From the NCBI GenBank assembly GCA_046318155.1, contig JBKCUU010000057.1:1-33253 (forward strand): 33,253 nucleotides of DNA. The letters run 5' to 3'. The notes below the pieces were generated by a model. It saw only the letters and a program-made list of their open reading frames with translations. It did no database searches and was not told the DNA's origin. This DNA comes from Bdellovibrio sp. GTDB taxonomy: Bacteria; Bdellovibrionota; Bdellovibrionia; Bdellovibrionales; Bdellovibrionaceae. This document shows, one piece after another, positions 28,371 to 33,253 of the stretch (its first letter is position 1; each line of letters starts with the position of its first letter). Position numbers and translations under genes: made by a program.

Positions 28371-28904
28371 ATGAAAACTGTTTTTATCCTGATCTCGCTT
28401 TTGCTCTGCTCAGCCCCCGCTCTCGCTCTCGAAACGGTCGCTTCGGTGGATGTCAGCCGCTACGCGGGTCGATGGTACCAGATCTCTCGCAATCCACTTC
28501 CGTTCGAGCCCTTGGACTGCGCCTGCGCACAGCAAACATTGACCGGCCTACCGAATGGCGTGGTGGGAGTTTACAACTCTTGCAATCGTGGAGGTTCGTC
28601 TGGACCCATGATCGAAATTCGAGGAACGGCCACGAGCAACGACCCCGTCTCCAACGCGCAGTTCACCGTCGATTTTGGTTTACCGCAAAAAGGACAGTAC
28701 TGGATCATCGGACTCGATCGCGATTATCGATGGGCTGTTGTTTCGGACCCTTCTTTGAGATCACTCTACATTCTCTCAAAAACTCCGATCTTGGAACAGG
28801 CTCAGTATGAGCTCGCTTTAGCAGAAGCCGCAAAGCAAGTTCCTCTCGATAAATTGGTTTCAACCGTTCATGACGAAGCCTGCAGTTATCCAGCGATGAA
28901 CTAG
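28371..28904 (+). CDS. Lipocalin (Blc-like)
   Basis: VDVSRYAGRWYQI, YWIIGLDRDYRWAVV, LYILSKTP; SD AAGGAG. Confidence 0.9.
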   Translation: MKTVFILISLLLCSAPALALETVASVDVSRYAGRWYQISRNPLPFEPLDCACAQQTLTGLPNGVVGVYNSCNRGGSSGPMIEIRGTATSNDPVSNAQFTVDFGLPQKGQYWIIGLDRDYRWAVVSDPSLRSLYILSKTPILEQAQYELALAEAAKQVPLDKLVSTVHDEACSYPAMN

Positions 28905-28923
28905 AATTTTTTGAAGGCACGTC

Positions 28924-29808
28924 TCAGGATGTGCCTTCCAGAAACTTCTCCATTTTTTTGACTCCAAAAACTTGAACGGCTGCCCGCTGATTGCAAGATC
29001 GACACAAGACGCGAAGGTTTGCTGGCTCTGAAGTCCCACCCAGCGCCCGGGGTTGAATATGATCAACTTCGAGCGCAAAAGTTGACGAACACTTCTCACA
29101 TTTATTCTGCGCACGCAAAAAAAGTTCTCTGCGGCTGACCCTGACTGAATTTTCACTTAAACGTTGCTTGAGCGACTGCCTGGACGCAGATGGGGCCCAT
29201 TCCTTGAGCCCGAGATCACAAAGCCGGTCAAACAGATGACCCAAGCTCCAATGAGGGCGCTTATGCGCCAGGTAGCCGCGAAGCATTGCGATCTTTTTTT
29301 CAACCTCTCGTGGGGCCACAAAGCGAATTTCCGTCCGGTCAACAGACCAAACAGAAACTTGATCGGTCCTCGTTGAAGGCTGTGACGACGAATACGAGTG
29401 GGCTAATCTTTGTGCTTCACGCATTGGCTTCCCCGCCATTTTATCAATCACCTCCATTTTTTTCGTCGACGTGAACTGGTTACAGAGGCGCTGCTCTTGA
29501 CGAAAAAGCGACTGAGCAATTCCAAGGTGGGAAAGAGAAATCTCGCCCGACTCAAGCCGAGCCTCCATTTGCGGCAACTCCCTGAGCAGACGCATGGCCG
29601 CGATTCGCCTGTAGGCTTGATCCTCAGAGTAGCCGAACTTTTTCACTGCGCATTCGAACAAGGACCCATAACCCAGACTTGAATAAAGTCGCCGTCGCTC
29701 AATTTCTCTGAATCTGCGTAAAATTAAGGTGAGTAGTTCACGCTCATCACGAACTAATTTTTCAGTTTCTAAGATGAGCTTTGAATCCGATTCGACTTCT
29801 AAATTCAT
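28924..29808 (-). CDS. HNH endonuclease with N-terminal helical domain
   Basis: CEKC..LEVDHIQPRALGG..NLRVLCRSCN; start likely ATG 29808 with SD GGAGG. Confidence 0.88.
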   Translation of the reverse strand: MNLEVESDSKLILETEKLVRDERELLTLILRRFREIERRRLYSSLGYGSLFECAVKKFGYSEDQAYRRIAAMRLLRELPQMEARLESGEISLSHLGIAQSLFRQEQRLCNQFTSTKKMEVIDKMAGKPMREAQRLAHSYSSSQPSTRTDQVSVWSVDRTEIRFVAPREVEKKIAMLRGYLAHKRPHWSLGHLFDRLCDLGLKEWAPSASRQSLKQRLSENSVRVSRRELFLRAQNKCEKCSSTFALEVDHIQPRALGGTSEPANLRVLCRSCNQRAAVQVFGVKKMEKFLEGTS

Positions 29809-29976
29809 TTGCGACCCCTCCTGCAATGCTGGAGAAATCTGCAAGATGAAATCCAAACTGATATCTGTTTTATCGTCGAACAAAGAGAATCAAAGCCGAT
29901 CCCCGTCTATTTCTGGAATTCATGATTTCAGTCAGCATCAGTTTTACTTTTTATTTTTGATTCCAGCTTTGGTTTT

Positions 29977-30138
29977 AGAAAATGACGACGCACCGTTTTC
30001 TGAACGTCGCGGGTGAAATTAAATGAAATGAAATTTTATTGAGGGATTCAGGTCAACGCCTGGATGTATTGGGTAGAGGTTAGATCAAGAGGTTCTCGCC
30101 AATCAGAGTCCTGCAGGATCGCGAAAGACGTGTTTAAT
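29977..30138. repeat. Repeat R1, copy a (~162 bp)
   Basis: Aligns to 31955-32117; first 68 nt differ at 2 positions. Confidence 0.92.
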
Positions 30139-30143
30139 CGCTC

Positions 30144-31106
30144 TTACCGATGTTGAATCTCGTCAGCAGTTTTAGGAACATGAGAACGTTCTTTCGTTTG
30201 GACTTGATAGGCTTTATCGACGGCTGCAAGTGCGTCTTGTGTCAGCGAGTAGCGGGCGTCATTCAAACCAGTGTGAAGAAGTCCGACAATTCGATACTCC
30301 AAGGCTTTCCTAGCAAACTCTTTCTGGCCCTCTAGTTTTTGCGCACGAACTTGCGTGAGATGCGTGCCGAGCGCTTCGAAAGCCGCGCTCACTTCGCTTT
30401 CGCTTAGGGATTCCGAGTTGACCATCCATTTCGACAACCGTGATTCAATTCCGTCGATTTGATCACTGGTATTTTTGATCTCTTTGACTCCCGCAAAGAA
30501 ATTGTTTTCGAGCGGACGACATCTGTGGTGCACAACCTCAAATTCGCAGCCTTTATTTTTCAGATTTTGTTCACTTCCCTTGCAAGTTTTCGCCATCTCT
30601 TTGTAGTTATCGAAAAACATGCTTTCGTAGCTTTGCACTTTATATTTATCTTTGATCTCCGGACCGTTTTTAGAAAAAACGGTATTGTCGTCGATCCTCA
30701 TAAAACTGTGGTAGTTTCCCCAGTGTTTCCAGAAGAGAGAGCCGATGTCGCCAGTCCGTGGCTTTTCAGAAGCAGGGAGCGCCTTGCAGTATTCTGAATT
30801 CATCCAGAACCAGAACTCGGGTTTTGTCACAGGTCGCGTCGACTTTAGAATACCGGTTGAGATCAAAGCCGCATTCCAGCAGTTAGGTCCATCTGTGCTC
30901 ATCTGAAGATCGTTAAATGATTGAAGAGTCGTTTTTAAAAGTTCAGTAAGTTGACCGTTTGGTCCTGAGCTATCCTGATTGCAATGCACTTCGCCGGCCG
31001 GTGCATACCCGGAGAGCATCAAGACAAAGATGAAAGTAAGCCACGTGCGCGTCACCCCGTCAGAATACCGATGAATGACGACATTGAACCTAAAAATCGC
31101 AGACAC
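30144..31106 (-). CDS. Putative secreted papain-fold (NlpC/P60-like) protein
   Basis: Signal-like segment; GPNCWNAAL, GDIGSL, YHSFM pattern; start uncertain. Confidence 0.55.
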   Translation of the reverse strand: MSAIFRFNVVIHRYSDGVTRTWLTFIFVLMLSGYAPAGEVHCNQDSSGPNGQLTELLKTTLQSFNDLQMSTDGPNCWNAALISTGILKSTRPVTKPEFWFWMNSEYCKALPASEKPRTGDIGSLFWKHWGNYHSFMRIDDNTVFSKNGPEIKDKYKVQSYESMFFDNYKEMAKTCKGSEQNLKNKGCEFEVVHHRCRPLENNFFAGVKEIKNTSDQIDGIESRLSKWMVNSESLSESEVSAAFEALGTHLTQVRAQKLEGQKEFARKALEYRIVGLLHTGLNDARYSLTQDALAAVDKAYQVQTKERSHVPKTADEIQHR

Positions 31107-31127
31107 CTGAACGGAGGTCGGAAGTCA

Positions 31128-31166
31128 AATGGCTTTAGTCTGTCTTCCGATCACTAAAGTACAGAC
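31128..31166. repeat. Repeat R2, copy a (39 bp)
   Basis: AATGGCTTTAGTCTGTCTTCCGATCACTAAAGTACAGAC, identical to 32959-32997. Confidence 0.95.
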
Positions 31167-31285
31167 AGGAACATCGAAAAATCGATCTGCCGGGCTCGGC
31201 CTAAAACATCTTTTTTCCAGGTCGCCAAATCGCGCCAAAAACAAATTCTCCATAAAATTTCGATTCTGAAAGTACTTATGGGGGA

Positions 31286-31648
31286 CTAGTTTTTCCCAAA
31301 GCAAGCAAGTCGGTACACAATTTCTGAAACTTGAATATATTTATCTTTACCTGCTCCTTCAACCGAGCCTCGAACTTCAACATTAGAAGCTTCTCGCACT
31401 CCCGACGCACAGAGAGAATAGGCTTCAGTACGGTAACAAGTGAACTTTCCGTTTTTTGAAATAGAGCATTCTGAAGGATTATTTCCGTCCAACTTCATGG
31501 TTTCATCGAGCAAGGAATCCACATGCTTTTTAACATCTAATATACTGTCGGCGGAGGAGGCGGGCATTCTATTAAAAGCGGATCCAGAATTTTTAGCGTA
31601 AGAATAAGTTGAAAAAAATAGAAGGCTACACAATAGAAATTTAGACAT
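31286..31648 (-). CDS. Small secreted Cys-containing hypothetical protein
   Basis: Signal peptide MSKFLLCSLLFFSTYSYA, AT-rich codons, 4 mature Cys. Confidence 0.7.
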   Translation of the reverse strand: MSKFLLCSLLFFSTYSYAKNSGSAFNRMPASSADSILDVKKHVDSLLDETMKLDGNNPSECSISKNGKFTCYRTEAYSLCASGVREASNVEVRGSVEGAGKDKYIQVSEIVYRLACFGKN

Positions 31649-31781
31649 TTTTAGCTCTTTGATCCCAGCTTAATTCAAGAATTCTTTCGCACAAGTCCAG
31701 GGCACGCATCCAGACCAACGTCCAAGGACTCATAAATCTTTTGGTATTGATCCAGAACGTAAAGTCCAGTCATCCTCCAGC

Positions 31782-31817
31782 TGGCTTTAGTCTGCCTTAC
31801 GATCACTGATGTGCAGC
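31782..31817. repeat. Repeat R2, copy b (diverged)
   Basis: TGGCTTTAGTCTGCCTTACGATCACTGATGTGCAGC, about 5 mismatches in 35 nt to R2a. Confidence 0.85.
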
Positions 31818-31954
31818 AGCCGTTTCGGATACGACAGCGTCGACTTATCGGCGCGATCGTCGTCGGTCAAAAAATACAGATACATCGAAAAATCAACTTG
31901 CCGACCACTTTACCGAGAACATTTTCTTTCCAATAGATCCGTCATTTCCAACAA

Positions 31955-32117
31955 AGAAAATGACGACGCAGCGTTTTCTGAACGTCGCGGGTGAAATTAA
32001 CTGAAATGAAATTTTATTGAGGTCGCCAGTGCAACGGCCAGGTGTCTTGGGCGAAACTTAGATACAGAAGTTCTCGTCAATCAGAGCCCTGACCGATCCG
32101 CGAAAGGAGTGGTTGAT
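31955..32117. repeat. Repeat R1, copy b
   Basis: Aligns to 29977-30138. Confidence 0.92.
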
Positions 32118-32119
32118 AG

Positions 32120-32917
32120 TCAGGTATAGATTTCGCCTTTACGCGCGAGTCGACGCCAGGGGCGAGCAAGCTTCAATGGAACTTCCCATTGCTTGTCCTC
32201 GGGATTTATTTCGTTAACCACGATGGAGTCTACTCCCGAGTGGCATCTTGAAATGACGTCGCCGCTTGGCCCTACAAAATTGGATGGGAGCTTTTGGCTC
32301 TTATTCGTCGGGACCGACATACTCATCCAATAGTTGTTGCAGGCGGCGTGACCTTGAGCTTGTATGCCGAACATCGTTGAGTCGGAGTAACTTGAAAACA
32401 GAACACAATCGACATCCTGCTTTTCATAATCCAGGAAAACTTCAGGAAACTGGATCTCGATACAAGTTGCACAGCCAATGCGAAGTCCATTGACCTCAAA
32501 CACCACCTGCTTTTTGCCAGCGGAGTACCACTCTGTAATCTCCGATTGAGAACAAAATCGCTTATCATATCGATCAAGCACTTCACCCTGAGGGTCAATA
32601 ATATAGAGACTATTGCGCGGACGTGCTGAAGCATCAACAAAATGGCAACTTCCGATGACGGCCCAGATTCCCAGATCACGACAAAGCGCCTGGATTGTCT
32701 TCAACTCGCGCTCAAGAGCTTCCCAGTTAAAATCCTGAAAGCTGTGAATCTGACTTTTGCTTTACCCTGACAGCGCACCCTCGCAAAAGTGCACCAAGTC
32801 GGCTTTCGCGTCGGAAGCCAATTGGATTAAGCGACGTATGTTCTCACCATTTTTACGAATGTCTCGATCAACCGTCGTTTGCGCAGTCGCTATCTTTAGA
32901 ACCCTACTTTGTTTCAT
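32120..32917 (-). pseudogene. Carbon-nitrogen hydrolase (nitrilase family) with in-frame stop at codon 52
   Basis: MKQSRVLKIATAQ..HFCEGALSG*SKSQ.. continues in frame to YDKR and ATCIE; TAA at 32762-32764. Confidence 0.85.
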
Positions 32918-32958
32918 AGTTTGATCCTATCTTCTATGGCCATGACCGTCAGTTAGGC

Positions 32959-32997
32959 AATGGCTTTAGTCTGTCTTCCGATCACTAAAGTACAGAC
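32959..32997. repeat. Repeat R2, copy c (39 bp)
   Basis: Identical to 31128-31166. Confidence 0.95.
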
Positions 32998-33154
32998 CGT
33001 AAGCTCGAGATTTCGGATGCAAGATTCAAAAATCTTGAGTTGAACCCCATCCATCTTTTCATCTTAGATTTCTGGCTCTTGATTCTTGGGATTCCATTCG
33101 AAAATCAGAGCGCTATTGACTAACGCATAAATAAAGGCGCAGTGGGCGATGGGA

Positions 33155-33252
33155 TTGCTGAGCGAAAAATGGCGCACAGAGAAAAAGCCCCGGAGGCGTG
33201 GCTAAAGCCACGTCGAGGAGCTTTTTCGAGTACGTCATTTTGTAGCCAGCAA
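33155..33252. repeat. ~98-bp imperfect palindrome (REP/MITE-like)
   Basis: Nested arms TTGCTG/CAGCAA, AAAATGGCG/CGTCATTTT, GAAAAAGC/GCTTTTTC, GGCGTGGC-TAAA-GCCACGTC. Confidence 0.75.
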
Positions 33253-33253
33253 G

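Noticed and set aside
1270..29682. Numerous antisense or overlapping ORFs in the six-frame track (e.g. 1270-1620, 6036-6605, 17249-17791, 19105-19494, 25943-26542)
   Set aside because: Shadow frames of well-supported genes with no motifs or RBS
31845..31872. GCCGATAA sigma28 -10 box inside the spacer
   Set aside because: No TAAA-like -35 box at 15-nt spacing
29977..32117. DGR template/variable repeat pair
   Set aside because: Differences are not adenine-specific, both copies are non-coding and there is no reverse transcriptase
29977..32997. Integron attC sites, CRISPR array or pdif modules
   Set aside because: No conserved RYYYAAC..GTTRRRY pairs (GTTAGGC at 32952 is in one copy only), no regular repeat-spacer period, no XerC/D arms, no intI or cas genes

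Overview
Bdellovibrionota-like chromosomal window, inferred from the short 275-aa flagellins, sigma28 promoters and gene repertoire. The core region (1-25.3 kb) has two tandem flagellins, a thiamine-type ABC transporter, DoxX, nth, ferredoxin, GNAT, elbB, citrate synthase, rsmJ, a menaquinone cluster (menB-menA-menC-menE, thioesterase, polyprenyl synthase and a second MenA-like gene), rmuC and several apparently degenerate enzymes. The accessory region (25.4-33.2 kb) has secreted hydrolase-like genes, an HNH nuclease and a cassette-like run of genes separated by repeated elements. Three observations stand out. (1) The long 5' UTRs of the two flagellin mRNAs are complementary to each other: a ~28-bp duplex whose imperfections are only G-U pairs or bulged A, plus a 7-nt loop-loop kissing pair, with both SD sequences occluded. 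This suggests mRNA-mRNA coupling of flagellin expression. (2) A cassette-like array of unrelated genes is bounded by a ~162-bp repeat and a 39-bp repeat next to the HNH gene. (3) A stand-alone ~175-nt sRNA/sORF carries 12 nt complementary to the 16S anti-SD. All functional calls come from motif recognition by eye; no searches were run.
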